Position numbers and translations under genes: made by a program
Notes under the pieces: generated by a model
What the model was told of the DNA's origin: nothing
The model's database searches: none
The model's input: the letters and a program-made list of their open reading frames with translations, nothing else
Assembly (NCBI GenBank): GCA_964016885.1
Contig: OZ024743.1
Coordinates: 264,740,001 to 264,804,000, forward strand
Length of the DNA stretch: 64,000 nucleotides
Direction: 5' to 3'
From: Eledone cirrhosa
Taxonomy: Eukaryota
In this document: in pieces, positions 10,620 to 25,874 of the stretch
Layout of the letters: each line of letters starts with the position of its first letter
How positions within the stretch are numbered: position 1 is the stretch's first letter

Positions 10620-11935
10620 TAATATTTGGGCGATTGGCACCTGGAGAGGAAAATACTTACCATAAAACAGCATCGTCTGATGCTGGACGGAAGGATCGGT
10701 GAAGTTGCTCCGGATCTGGTTTGGAGCAGACTTCCAGATGGATAAGAACTGGGATAAGGTAACGAATAGAGTACCCAATCTCACCTAGAATCGGGCCAAG
10801 ACGATGCTATCACCAAAAGGTCAGGCGGAGCTGGCGAACGCGTACATCACGCCCGTCATCTATTACCGTCTGACCATCGTGCTTGGCTCCCATTCGTACC
10901 TCCCCAATTGGAACGCCTGCTCCTCAGCTTCTCATGGAATGGTCAAGTTCGTTTGGTGAAGCGGTCCATCTACTGCCAAAATGTTCTACGTGGAAGGCTG
11001 GTCATGCCGTGACTGAGGATGCACAATCATGCGCTGAGTTTACGGCATCTTCAAATATTCTTAAACGGTTAACAGGTGCGGTCACCGTCTGTGAGACTGG
11101 CCTCTCTGCAGTTCTTCACTTTGGCTGAACTGCAGTCCTTGGTCAGGAAGAGACCGGGACTGGTTGCCTGGCGCTCACAGGGCAATGCATTGAGTGAAAA
11201 TTCCATTGTACTCTTCTATAAAGTAATTGTAGTGGGCAAGTGCGACGACACTCTCGAAGAAGCTCTGGACTATGTATTATTTCCAGAAATCCATCGCTTG
11301 GGAGTGCTAGCGGGAAGCACTACCGTTTCGACATAGCGTACGAAACCTTCTGCACGCATTCGTCCAGTGTCCATGCACTATTAACTTGTGGAGTTATGAC
11401 GAACAGCTGTTATCGCGTGTAGGACGAATCCGACTATCATGAATGATTTCCCGCCGCCTTCTTTTGGCCGGGATGGATAGGGAGCTTTCTTCTGTCTGGA
11501 GGCTGTAGCGAAAAATATTTTGCGGTTGTCGAGGCTGAAATGATAGAAGACAGACACCTTTTCTCTTCAGCCAATCCCTGATCAATTTATTTAAGTTTCA
11601 CTTGGTGAGGAAGGTGAGGGTTGAGAAGGAATGTCTGCTCCTTAGTACATTTGCTAATAGGTGGGTGAATGTTGCAAGAATGACACTTTGAGCATGGGCT
11701 TGAAGGCTCCACGATTTGTTGAGGAGAGGGGTGACCTCTCCGGGTTCTCTCGGAATGTTGGGTGGTTTAGGATCGGTGAGGTTCGTGAGTTGCCACTTGG
11801 TAGTTCTCCTTCTCTTGGGGAATTTGTATTGTAATTTCTTTTTGTTTATTTGTATTTTTCTATAATGTCTATACGATTTTTGGTAAAAACCCAAGTGTCC
11901 CAGTCGTTTGTATTGTGTCCTACTTGTAGGCTCTT
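10620..11935 (+). mobile_element. Older degraded Tx1 3' fragment (RT C-terminus, zinc finger, 3' UTR)
   Basis: Nucleotide similarity to 6120-7360 (GGCACCTGGAGAGGAAA, GCGAACGCGTACATC, CTGCAGTCCTTGGTCAGGAAGAGACC, TCGCGTGTAGGACGAATCCGACTATC); many stops. Confidence 0.85.

Positions 11936-11936
<1 letters not shown>

Positions 11937-12003
<67 letters not shown>
11937..12003. repeat. (AGT)n microsatellite
   Basis: Pure tandem tract. Confidence 0.97.
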
Positions 12004-15000
12004 CGTTTAACAAATGTAGGAAATAGTTTGAAAATTATTTGGCGGCAGATTTTAGCATATCAAGCGAAAATATGGTGGCTCCCTCTATAAATCGTGCATG
12101 CAGCTCGTAAAATGAGCAGTTTATTTTTGGATCAGTTATTGCCACCAGACTTTTAACCAAATGCAGCGACTAACATTTAATCAAATATACTATAGTGGTA
12201 GCTATAACTTGTTAGTAAGACTGTTAACTGAACGATTCATGGTACTGATTCTAGCGTTAATGAAATACTTCAGATATACATGACCTGTACGTAATCTATT
12301 CATAAAATACGAATATTTAATCAAAGATATTATAGAGACAAAGAAATGGTAATAGTTGAAATAGAATAATGTATAATCTAATCTCTAAAACCTAATTTCA
12401 AGTATATTATTACAACCATATTCGAACCAGATACTATTAATTTGGTGCATTCATATTCGTATTCTTTTTAATACGTAGGTAAGTAATACGTGGCGTAACT
12501 TTAATAGAATTTGCAACAGCATCCAGAAGAGTGTCAGTACGAATGTTTCCAGGTAACAAGTAACCATTCCTAAATATATATTAGTTTTAGTTTATTTCTT
12601 TTTTTAAAGAACAATATTAATTTATGTTACTGCGGCATAATCACCATTTCAAGCGTTATGAAAGCATTCAACGCCATTTTATTATTGCAAGTGAAATTAT
12701 AAAATTCCCATACTGCACAACATTTAGGATAACATTTAGATAACGCTTCCTATTCACTGAAGATTGTGTGTATCGCTCCAATAATCTATATAAACCATAA
12801 CAATACAGACATAATGTAAACTTTATTTATATGTATACAAACTATTTCTTCTACACAGAAACTAAAACACATATGCGCATTCACACATAAACAAGCTCGT
12901 GCACAATTACGCATATACACTCATACATAAATAAATCCATACATACACACACACACGCTCTCATACACACAGACACAGACGCACAGACACGCACACAAAC
13001 ACATGTACATATACATACCTATGTATATATATATATATGTGTATGTGTGTGTGGTTATATGTATATCTGTAAACAGTATAAGAATATACGGGTAGGTTTG
13101 AGAGCGGTGATAACTGGAACATTATACATAGTCTTTGTCTCTTAAATACTCGAAATACTGAATTTAAAACTCTCTATATAGGATTACCTAGGAACGATTG
13201 GTTTGATTTCTTACAACATTCTTCAATGCCTGCCATGCTAATTTGGTTCCATCTTAATAGGTTCAATTATATTGTAAATATATTTACATCATTACGGTGT
13301 AGTTAGATGCTAATTGCAAACACATAAATGCTTTTCCAAAAATATTTATATAAAAGTTATCCTTGGTTAATCTCGATTTATAAACTGTAATATTAATAAA
13401 ACAAAGTAAAATAGAATAAAGACAACTGTTTCTAAAACGAGATATCATTGATAATTGTGTTCCCACATATTTCTTAATTGAATAATGTAGAAAATGCAAA
13501 TATTTAATTCGAAAGAAACTGAGATGAGTGAGCGAATATTTAAAATCCAATAGATTCATTTGACAAGATGCATTTATGTTAAATGTATGCAACGGTCTAT
13601 CGATTTGTCAGTTTGAAGGTCGAAAGTGAGAAAATAGGGGCCTGCTTAAAATTTTCGGTAGAAAAATAACCCTTCCCGTTGGCACAATCTTCTAATCACA
13701 AGTAAGGTGTTTACGAAGGTAATCATATTTCATTACAAGTTATGCTGTTAATGTTTTTGTTGTTTAGCACGAGTATATCTCGGAAAAAACGTACAAATGA
13801 GCAAGTAAATTACAACCGTGCCTATTCGCTTGGTGTTATACAGACAAACTCAGTGCATCATAGACTACATTACGGTATTCGTCCTTCTTTTTGAGACGAT
13901 AAGAGTACCACATGAGACATATTACATTCATATATAGCAAGGTATCCTCTTCTTGGTTCGCTGGAGAACATTTATTTTATTTAAAAACAGGTCACACTTG
14001 ATCAAATCGAAGGAATTCTAACCTTGCAATCCCTCCTGTTCTTAGTCATGTTGTATCAAGGACAACATATTGCTATCTCTCCATTACATTTTAAGATGCA
14101 GAGTATAACACTCGTGAGATGAAAATATTTCTACCAGTTACACTGACCCTACAAACGCTTCTTCACCAATTGGATTGTACATGTGCTCAGTTTACTGATT
14201 TAAATGTTCACGATAGGCCACAAATAATAAATAGAGCGCCATTCATGGGCTTAATAAGATAGATTTCAAAATGTCCTCATCATAATAAATCGGTTGTTGA
14301 TGTAGTGGTTGTTTTACTGTTGTTGTCGTTGGTGGTGTCAATTGACAACTGTCGTTTGCATTAGCAGTAGATTGAGTCATGCTTAGTGAGTAAAACTGGG
14401 TAGATGGAACTGTTTGAAAGCCCGTCAAATGTACTCTACAGATACATTTTCCAGTCCTGTAAATCATAGTGTGCTATGGGTACACATGCCCATGCAATAC
14501 TTAGTTATTTATATGTTAATTTTATAATCACTGTGTTCTACTGATTCGACTATAGGAACACTCATCCCTGCAAACAATCGACGGTAGCCCATATATATTG
14601 TTTCAACTTTAATCGTGTCTTCATATCATGTATAGTATGTGTGTGTGTGTGCGTGTTAAATGCTACAACTTTTATTGAGATTGCATTATATAGATTTGCT
14701 GTAAGAACAACTTCACAATATTGCCAGTACCTTCTTTTTACACACCTTCATTCTGTACAATTTATTTTCAGTTGTTTTAGAAGATATCTGTATCTTCATG
14801 AATCCAACTTAGATGGACCCTCGGGTATATGGCCTATCTTCTGAAGACATATCAGCCTGTATCAAAATGTTCTTAGTGTTAAGGCTTGGATGATTTGACA
14901 GATAGGCTAGTTGGCTGCTAGTTAAATTCAAATTCCTGTTACACACTAATTGTGATGATCTTTGCCATCGCCTCATTTCCTGACAATTCATTGGCTTGCA

Positions 15001-16199
15001 CTGTTCCTAAATGCACAGACATTTTTCGTTTTATCATAATCTATTCAGTGATCATTCGATTCTTTAGACTTCATTATAATACACTAGGTTTCAGGTTACT
15101 AAGTGTTATGTGTTATGTATAACTTCGCTTATATTCCGACTATATGGCAAAAGTTTAACTTACAATTTCCTAGAACTGTTTATATTTCTATATTTTGGTT
15201 CCTTGAGTTAATCCCATAAAAGACGGTGACATACTCCTCTGTAAGCTATACTTCATTGAGGTATTGAATAAAATGTTAAGATTGGTTGAGATTTGAACTA
15301 AATTGAAAATCAATGCGGAAATTCTATTATACCTGATCAATTCACGCCAACTTTGTCACTTTCTAAATTGTATTGTTAAGCTTTTCTTTTCTTAATCTTT
15401 GAAAACTAGAGATTAGCCAAATTCTTTCCGAACTTCTATAACTATTTGATTATTGTAAGACCATGTACACCTTAGATCTAATGTGTCAATGTTTTTAAAT
15501 TATCTTTCATTCTGAAACTCAAATTAGTGCAATATTTGAAATTACTTTGCATGCATAATTTATTCCGTCGCTAGATGCACGATCTCAAGAAATAATGTCG
15601 TTATTTATATCTACCTCCGTACTATTTGAAACGACTGAGACCCTTATTTGTAAGGCAAAGGTTTGATTAAACGGTAAGTTTTTTCGTTTTCTCCACCAGT
15701 GAGGTGAGATGTGAGCTTCTATTACTACAACTTAGAAGGATTTCATAGATAATGTTTCGTTTGAAATTAATATAACCTTTTCATATTGAAGGCATACTTA
15801 CAAGTATATTTGAACACAATATTTCAGGCCAAAGAAATATTCTGAAAATGTCCATCACAATGATTATATGGCGGTGGAGTCAATGTGCCTTTTAGGGTAC
15901 TTTTTTCAGAATATGTGGAATAGTTTCAGTAAAATGTCAACTCCTTGTTTCAGACGTGGTTCCTATTTTAGCAAGACTATAGATACCCTATCAGATGCAA
16001 CACATATCGGGACATCGGTATGATTGCGGGAGTTTATTCTATTGAAATCTAACAGCAGTTACCTATACCTATTATGCCGCCTTTACACAATAATTCACTG
16101 GTGAATCAGATACAGTTTAGCACCTGTGTTAATGTAGGTGTTACAATCAGAACACAAGCAACCGGAACAGATATCACAAGTATGCCATCTATTAAAACC

Positions 16200-16330
16200 C
16201 TGGAATGGTACTTTTCTCCCTCATAGATGAGGAAATGTGAAGTTGATCTCAGTGGGATTGGCACACAGTGGACGAAATGTAACACATTATTATATTCGAT
16301 GTGTTGACGTCCCTATCAATGCGTCACATT
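16200..16330 (-). mobile_element. Highly degraded SINE family A copy
   Basis: TGGTACTTTT...GAAGTTGATCTCAGTGGGATT resembles the reverse-complement core. Confidence 0.4.
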
Positions 16331-17054
16331 TGGATACGAACTAATGTTAGAAAACTGTTGCTGAAGATCGGCATGTCTGGGTAATGAAGCATTTTGCTTT
16401 GAAGCTACCTGGTTTTAGATTCAATATCACTAGTTGAAAGTTTGCCATACTAGCTGTTTGACGAACACCTTCTGAATGTTACTTGGTAAGTGCAAGTGGA
16501 AGTCTTTGAGTTTGGATTGTACCTATCTCCCGCTTAGTTCTATCAAGTGCTCCTCTGGTATCTTTAGTGAAATCAAGTATGTTGCAAGCATCCGGACCAG
16601 ATATCCGGTCTTGGCAGCAATGAAAAATATTATGGATTAAATCATTCCCCTTTTGGTTGAACCATTAATAAAACAAAGCAAAAAGAAATGTTGACGTGCA
16701 ATCCATTTCACCAGCAAAAATGAAGGATTATGTATCCCAATTACTGGTTCAAACGTTCATGTAGCCTTGTCTCTCTGTGTTAATGATTAAGACAACGAAG
16801 AGAACATCTGAAATCAGTGATCGACTTCGATCATTATTATATACTCCGACTAAGTCGTCGCTCAAAACAATTGCGAGCATGCAAATGATATTGTATTAAT
16901 GAACAAATCTTACAGAATTGCTTCCGACGGAGGAGGAACGACAATACCAAACACTCACACACTTACGCTTATAAACACACTCATTTATCTATATACAAGC
17001 GTGTGTCGTTATATTTCTCTTTCTTTCGTCCTCTTTCTCTCTCAATATATATGT

Positions 17055-17114
17055 GTCTGTGTTTGAGTGTGTGCGCGTGCGTGTGTGTGTGTGTGTGCGT
17101 GTGTGTGTGTGTGT

Positions 17115-17181
<67 letters not shown>
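17055..17181. repeat. (GT)n microsatellite
   Basis: Tandem tract. Confidence 0.97.
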
Positions 17182-17183
<2 letters not shown>

Positions 17184-19784
17184 CCAAGAATACGATCGAT
17201 CAACAGGTAAATGAAATTCCATTACAATAATTAGGTTGGTTCATTAACATCAAATACAATTATCTTTATCTTTTGGTTTCTGTTTAAGAGAAAATGATGT
17301 TCACGAATTTTCGTTGTTTTTATTTTTTCCAGTCAATTCACTTTTGGTCTGTTTGGTCTGAATGCAATGAAAAGAAACTGATATACCAAACAAATTAAGG
17401 AATGATTAGATGAGAATCTTATAATAATATACTAATTCAGTTTTTTTTTTCATGACGTACATTCAATCACATTCAAATTAATTCATCAGCATTGGTAACT
17501 AGTAGCATATTGAGTTTGATAGACGAACACTGATTGGTTAATTTGTAAAAAGAATATGCAAATGAAGGAAAATGAAAGATCCGGCTTTGCTATTCTCTCA
17601 CAATTGGAAATACAGATGTTTGCCTGTTTTATCAAATTTGTTTCAAACTCTAAAATCCGAAATGGCGAAGAGATCAGCCTAAAACGTTACAGAGACATAA
17701 TTATTTGAAATGTACGTGATAGCATACACAATATATATGTATACTTATAATAAACTTACATACGTCTCCTTATAAGTGTTTTACTCTATTATCATGCCAC
17801 ACCTACTTCGGTACATGTGTGAGAACACCAGATATGAATGATGCTTACTCACTCTGTACCGAGTCTAATATAAACTTGAGCTTATATACTTTTTACTCTT
17901 TTACGTGTTCCAATATATGAATATATGTATATTGCATATGAAACATTTACTGGAGAGGTTCTTTGGTAAACAGTGCAGGTTTAACGCGCTGGAGTTAAAT
18001 AGCAGTATATGCTTTCATATATTGCTCCATTATAGATCACGCTACGTTTATGTTACTGGTACGGCCTACTTCCTTGCCCCAAAAATGTATTCAGCAACGG
18101 GCAAGAAAATTCTGACTAATGAAGGTGGGAGAGAAAATTTAGAACCATTTGAAAGATCACTTAATGAAGCATCTGGTGCAGTCTCAACAAATATCTTGTC
18201 ATTAGAAATGTACACACATACGGAACAATCTTCCTGTCTTCAATATATGGAGATTTGCACATATTTTGTAGCCATTTTTCTTACTTATCTGAACCCTGGT
18301 GTGTTCAAGCTCCGACAACCACCATTCCATATGATATAGCAGAGTGGGTGGTAAGAAGACTGGAGTTGATACCTTGCTGTTCAATGTGGAACATTCAAGT
18401 CTTTCGATATGACTATATACTTGGTAGCTCTCAATGAAGCCAGAGTCGGTCCATATTTCCGAAGAAGAGGCTGGGTAGATTCAATGTACAACGTCATCGG
18501 AACCGTTTAGAACTACAGATCCATTTCGCCAGATGTGGTATCTCCATTATAATGCGTGACAGCTAAGGAGAGTGAAGATTTCAAGGAGCATCTCGGATGA
18601 ACTGGAATGTAGAAGAGACCTGATCCCGTCGCCGTTTTGTGACACAGAAGTTAATATTCTCGGCACAATTCAGAAGGAATACTAGGTGATGATATGAACA
18701 CATGTATACACAGATACATTTGTAGATTTATATTTCGGTACCTGAAGTTGCAATTCCATAACGACAGACAGTGTTATGAGACACTGAACTGACAGAGCAG
18801 TCAAGTAGCTTGCGTCTAGTTAGAGTGGGACTTACGGATGGTCAAGAAGGGATCGATCAGATTAGACAGTATACCCAGAAATAGTTTTCACAGTTAAAAA
18901 ATATGGTCAGTGAGCAGCAGCAAACGTGCTGACCAACTCTGTTATGGTTACCAGTTACACACTGGATCGATTTGATGGATTATACCTTTCGCCTAACAAT
19001 TTGAAGCATTGTGCCTATGAAATCAATATCAGCGTACGTATAAGAAAAATTAATAGGTTACCGGATAGCATAACATTCAATATTTAGTTTATCCTTTTAA
19101 GCATCAGTCAAGGAACTACACTCAGTCCCGCCAAACCTGTGACCTTGTGCGAATGTAAACAAAACAAAACGTAATTGTTATTTAACTCTATATCTTTTCA
19201 AAGAAAACATCGCACGAAGTGATTTGGATTTCCAACTTCCATGCGTTCGTTTTATTTCGCCTTACACGTTTTTAATAACGATAAGAAAGTTACAAGTTCC
19301 ACAATTCTCTTCCCTTTAAAAAATCGATGATTGTGCAGGAAAAATCAATATGTATTTTGTTGTTGTTATCGTTTGATTTTGTTTCACAACCACCTGCTAA
19401 TAGCTCTCAATTTATTGATTTAGTTCCGCTTCTAATTGCTCACTATGAGGCATAAACTGGAGTTATGTGCCGAGGGTGTAGAAGATAAAGAAAAACGTTT
19501 GTATGAGGAACGAGAGCAGCGGGGAAGTCTATAAAACGCAAGAAAGCTTATACTAATAACCTTTGATCCATCAAATTAAAAATCACATAAGGTGGCTAGA
19601 GTAGGGGTAGAGTTAGGAGATTAAGAGGGTTGTTATTAGTAACGATGTGTAAGGATCTAAAGTAGGATATCACAAGATGAACTGTTGTTTTAGGCATTTG
19701 TTTGAAGAAGATTACAGATAATGGATTAATTTTTTTCCGATAGATGACCTCACCCAACATGAAATAAAAGCATGTTAAGAATAT

Positions 19785-19921
<137 letters not shown>

Positions 19922-21361
19922 AATTTAAAAAGTCAAATCTAAAGGAAATAATATATAAATATGTTAAAACTTAAAATTCACAATATTTTTTTTTTTTTTT
20001 TTTTATGGGGTGCAATTCCTTTGTGATGTATTGTTTGTGTTTTTCTGTTTGTTTGTTGATTTATGTACGTTTATTTCTTTTTGTCATGTTATATAATATA
20101 TTGGAAACTGGAAATTAACGACATACCCATTCTACATTAATAAGATATTATATAATATAGGAAAACATTGTAAAGTACATCAACAAAGACTAATGTTAGG
20201 AACGTGTCTATACTTGTAAATGTTCACGTATGTGTGGGCATAGGTGTGTGTGCATGCGTGGAATGTTGCATGTTTGTGTATATATGAGTTTGTTTATGTG
20301 TAAAATGAGATGTAGATAGTTAAACATGCAGACATATATGCGAACATATATGATTTACACATTATATATTCTATGTGAAATTATGTTTGTTTGTATATAT
20401 GTGCTAAACTTGGAGGTATGCGTGTGCATTTATATGTTCTTACATGCTTTTATGTGTTTGTATGTGTATCTATGCTAGCATATCAGTGTATGTAGTATAT
20501 ATGGATGTACATGCGTGCTTGTATATGTGTTTGTCTGTGTGTATGTGTGTCTGTACGTATGAATGTGGGTGAGTGTGTGTGCACTCACACTTATTTTATA
20601 GGAAATATCTAAAGTAAAGATATGAAAATCTTTGTTTCTCTTATTGCAAATAGAATAGTCGCAATATAGTTAAGAAGGTGAGAATTGTTGGGATATCTTT
20701 CCTACAATATGTACTAAAATCTTAAACTCTCCACACAGTGGAATAAAAAAAAATGGGGTTACGAAAAGAATAGTGTATGGATAATTCGATAATAGAATTC
20801 TGAGACAGGAAAAAAATCAGGAAAATGACGTTTAGATTCATAATTTATGAATTTGTTGTTCCTAATTTTTAAGTGTGATAGAGGAATACCGCAAGAAGAT
20901 ATAAAATTAAACGGAAAAAGAATGGTCGACGTGACGTAACTCCTGAGATTTCATTGGCTAATATACAATATGTCTAAACAACAGAAACACAGAATGGCTG
21001 TTGTTTTCAGTTTCTTATTGTTCCACATCGCAACATCGAGTAGAGAAGACAAGATCTATGATAAAAAAACATAAATGCTACTTCATGGTGTGTTCATGCA
21101 TGTTTCTGGGTATGTATGTGTGTGAATTGGCATGGTGTTGTGATTGGGATGCTCGGCTCACGAGCGTAAAATTATTGGTTCGATTTCCACGTTGTTCCAG
21201 TTCCCTCAACTGGCAACTATGCGTCGCACCTGTAATCTAAATGGCTAGCCTAGTAACACACTGTACCATATCTCTACAGAATATTCACAAGGAGATTATC
21301 CCATGTTTGTGCATGTCCTAACGAAGTACGTTTTAACAGGCGTATGCATACGTTGCATTCG

Positions 21362-21369
<8 letters not shown>

Positions 21370-21421
<52 letters not shown>

Positions 21422-21495
21422 CAAAATATGAGGAAATAATAGAGAAAAATATACCTATTTTTTTTTCAGAGTTTCAAAGTCTCGACTGCAGTTTC

Positions 21496-21578
<83 letters not shown>

Positions 21579-21916
21579 TAAACGGAATAGAAAATGCTGA
21601 CAAATTGTTCACAGTTGAAAAATGGTTTAATTAGGAATAAAAGAGTATTAGTGATTGTATGGGTTAGTATTCAGTTGTGGTTTTAAGTTTTTAAGTTTTT
21701 ATATATTTATTAAAATAACAGATTAAAGTTTAAGCAAAGAATCGCTGCTTAATGGCTTAGTTTCAGAAGATCCCGTTAAGGGTGAAAGCACCGATTCTTT
21801 GCTTAAACTTTAATCTGTTATTCTAATAAATATTTGCTCTACTGTTCTAATATATTTGATATATATTTATCCTTATCCAGCCCTCTTTGGATTTTAGTCT
21901 TCAAATTTATTATTAT

Positions 21917-22009
<93 letters not shown>

Positions 22010-22101
22010 AGATAGTATGACCCCGACGGCAGAGATGAAGCCGTTTCGACGGCTATTTCTGGACTATTTCCTTCGTTATATATATATATATATATATATA
22101 T
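21370..22101. repeat. (TA)n cluster broken by short inserts (Penelope pLTR-like remnants)
   Basis: TA tracts at 21370-21414, 21498-21575, 21920-22006 and 22078-22101. Insert 21576-21700 recurs at 58050-58173. Insert 21764-21915 recurs inverted at 25955-26105. Confidence 0.8.
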
Positions 22102-22249
22102 ACATTCAACAATGTTCAGTATGAATACGTTATGGCCGATCAATTATGTCAATTTTCTTTTTAATTTTCTTTTTAATTTCGTGTTAGGCATACGTTAAAC
22201 TCAGGCCATCGGGTATTTTCTCTTTCATTCCATCTTCGATATAAATGCC

Positions 22250-23230
22250 ATTACAAAATTCAGTTTTTACCTTGGTAAGAAGTATTTCAAATAACATTTG
22301 CATGCCTGATACTGTTTTATACCTAATCACCGAGTAATTATTGGTTCCCTCTTGCGGGAGGAATGCATGTGGCAGATGAGATACTGTGCCATAGCAGTAC
22401 TAAGATATATCGCTTCAAATGCTGTTTTTACGTCTTACTTATGCTTAGTTTAGGCGATATGATATGAAGTTACATCCAAGGAAGGTTTTTTGTGTGCCTC
22501 AATGTTAGGAAAACTGAGGCGACCCTGTCAGTGTTTTCTGATGACATGAAGTGGAATTTGAACGCAAAAATGCACAGTCAGTAAAGTTATCGAAACATCC
22601 TGCCAAAACCTTTAGCAGTTTCCACTCTGGCTGTTACATTCTTGTAAGTGTGAAAGCATTTACGATTTTGCCATTTCACCTGCTTTATTCCCTTTTGCAG
22701 CTTGACAATAAATCTTTGTGTTCTAATGTTCGATTATTTCCTCGTTTTTTATATTTTATATTCTCTTTATTTCAAAGTAGTTTCTTTTCTCTCGTTATAT
22801 TTATGTATATTCCCAAAACACTCCATATTCTTGTATTGCCCTCGTCTTTGTGAATTCTCCTTCATCAACTGCATTGACAAATTGGATCCACATCCTATGT
22901 CTAGCGTAAACATAGGGTACATGGTATTTCAAATTGCTTCAAATCCATATATTGCAAATCCATACATTATTATACTTAATTCATTTACACGGTTTAACAA
23001 CGTAATATTTAGAGGAGAATACTCCTTTGGAAGCATATAGGTCAGGTCGTCTCTCTGAACATAATCTCTTCATACACTGCTCATAATCACGACGACTTTG
23101 AAAAATATAAGTTGCTATACTTTTTTTGAAATAATCCATGAAGACCTTAAGCAAAATCAAACAAAAATATGAAAGCACAATAGCTGATTGCTGACCTGTT
23201 TCCAGAGATTGCAATTTTATTTATATGATT
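22250..23230 (-). mobile_element. Possible very old CR1/L2-type RT remnant
   Basis: Minus-strand LETGQQSAIV followed by a frameshifted DFA(K)VF-like motif and a PQxSIL-like segment at about the expected spacing; heavily decayed. Confidence 0.3.
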
Positions 23231-23586
23231 CTACTATATGGATATTTGGAAACCTCTCAAGATGTGATAAACTAGTTCTGTGCTCAATTATTTTCATGCA
23301 GACAAAATCAAGAACTACATTATGCAATGTTTATTTCCATTTTTAAGATGATATGCTGTACTGTACTTAAGATGATATGGTGTATTGTATTCTTCGCTAT
23401 TACTTCTAGAAAGTCAAATGTAGAGGCAACGTCGCTATTTCGGAATCTGTGTACTCAGAGAATCATTACTGAAAAGAAAAACGAGAATCTCCATAGAAAC
23501 AAGATTCAATCGTAACCTTAATGAAAAATACATATATATAGTCACACACACACACACGTTAAGAAACATGCACGCACACACATACG

Positions 23587-23623
<37 letters not shown>

Positions 23624-23806
23624 GTGTCTGTATGTGTGTGAATTGCTTAGTGTTTCTTATATGGATTTTTTTAGTAGTTCGTGCATACATTAGCATTGGG
23701 GCAAAAAATCGATATTAAACATAATTTACTCAACCTTGAATGTGTTAACATTCTATATTATATATTTCGCTCTATCACTGGTTCTTTGCTTATGGTTTTG
23801 TTTTTG

Positions 23807-24357
<551 letters not shown>

Positions 24358-24691
24358 AATAATAATAATGATAATAACGCAATTTATGTTTCCTTCCTTT
24401 ATATTTAATATTACGAAGTCTTCTCAAATTGAAAAATATAAAATTTCAAAATAATACAAAATATATCATTTATAAAGTTGCTTGTTTAAGATTTTTAGAC
24501 ATTACTCGGGTTTGTTTTTGTTTCCAAATATATATTCTGATCTACACGCATGATTGTTGCTGCACCTGTCTATAGCGCATCGATTCCCTGTCTACAGAGA
24601 TACGTCCATGTGGATGGATACATATACAGAGACATAACTGTAAATAAAATAAACAAAATATGTAATTGTTGATCTGGCATGGATATATATG

Positions 24692-25574
24692 CGAGGTGTG
24701 TCAGAAAAGTTCCAGGACTGATGTCACAAAAGATTTATTTCAAACCCAAATTTCACACTAACAGTTTTCTCCTTCAAAGTAATCCCCTTGGAGTCTAATG
24801 CACATTTCTATCCTTTTCTGACACGCTTGCATTCACTCCTGGAAGGATTCTTCCGGGATCCTCTGCAGTTCTGTCGTCACGGCCTTTTTGATGTGGTCCA
24901 CGTCTTCAAAACGGGGCCCCCTCCGTGTCGTACTCGAAGATCCATGACTCATCACCGGTGATGACTGTCCCTAGCAAGTCTGGTTCGGTTTCAAGATGCT
25001 CGAGGATGTCCTGGCACACTTGCATGCGTCAACCCTTCTGATCATCGTTCAGCAGTTTTGGCACCATCTTCGCGCAGACTTTCTGCATGTCAACATCTTC
25101 AGTGAGAATCTTCGAGACGCTGTCACGCGTCATGCCCAGCTCATTTGCCATCAGTCGAACAGTCAGCCGACGATCGCTACGCACCGTCTGCCTGACGCGC
25201 TCAACATTGTCCTCAGTCCTGGTTGTTGAGGGCCTTCCGCTCCTGGGGTCATATTCCAACCACGTCTTCGCGTCGTTCTTTAAACCTCTTGCACCTCTCA
25301 AAAACACGTCTCCATACACTTGCTGCAGCGGAGTTTTCACAACGGTACCAGAAACTTCAAGTATGTTCGTTGCTCTGTGCTCATTGCTTGACGACCTGAA
25401 ACAGAGGACATGTATATAAAATTATGAAGAAAAAAGTTTGATCGCTGCAGAGAGCTAAGATTAAAGTTACATACTCCAGGGGGATTACTTTGAAGGAGAA
25501 AACTCTTAGTGTGAAGTTTGGGTTTCAAATAAATCTTTTGTGACATCAGTCCTGGAACTTTTCTGACACACCTC

Positions 25575-25575
<1 letters not shown>
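24692..25575 (-). mobile_element. Non-autonomous mariner (Tc1/mariner) deletion derivative, 884 bp, with ~103-bp terminal inverted repeats
   Basis: TIRs CGAGGTGTGTCAGAAAAGTTCCAGGACTG... (24692-24794 and 25473-25575); TA on the right flank, TG on the left. Transposase remnants MSTEQRTYLKFL, DPRSGRPST, VCAKMVPKLL, ITGDESWIFEYD, GDYFEG; most of the catalytic domain is deleted. Confidence 0.92.
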
Positions 25576-25642
<67 letters not shown>

Positions 25643-25697
25643 GTGAGGTTTCTTTTACAAACTGAAAAATAACCGAGGTGTCCTACACGAGTGAAAG

Positions 25698-25813
25698 TAT
25701 AAAGAAAAAGAGATGAAATCGAAAATGCAACTGGAGTCTTATATTTTTTTTTAAATATATATATTTAAAAAAAAAATAAGACTCCAGTTGCATTTTCGAT
25801 TTCATCTCTTTTT

Positions 25814-25820
<7 letters not shown>
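25698..25820. repeat. Near-perfect palindrome centred on a short TA run
   Basis: TATAAAGAAAAAGAGATGAAATCGAAAATGCAACTGGAGTCTTAT... / ...ATAAGACTCCAGTTGCATTTTCGATTTCATCTCTTTTTCTTTATA. Confidence 0.9.

Positions 25821-25874
<54 letters not shown>

Noticed and set aside
17905-18339. 144-aa ORF in apparently unique sequence
   Set aside because: Non-ATG start, no recognisable domain, no convincing splice context.
18330-18650. Possible APE endonuclease remnant (WNIQ..LVALNE)
   Set aside because: Too decayed to support without a profile search.
21128-21200. A/B-box-like segment (GGTTCGATTTCC)
   Set aside because: Probably a decayed SINE head; no cloverleaf or second copy to set boundaries.
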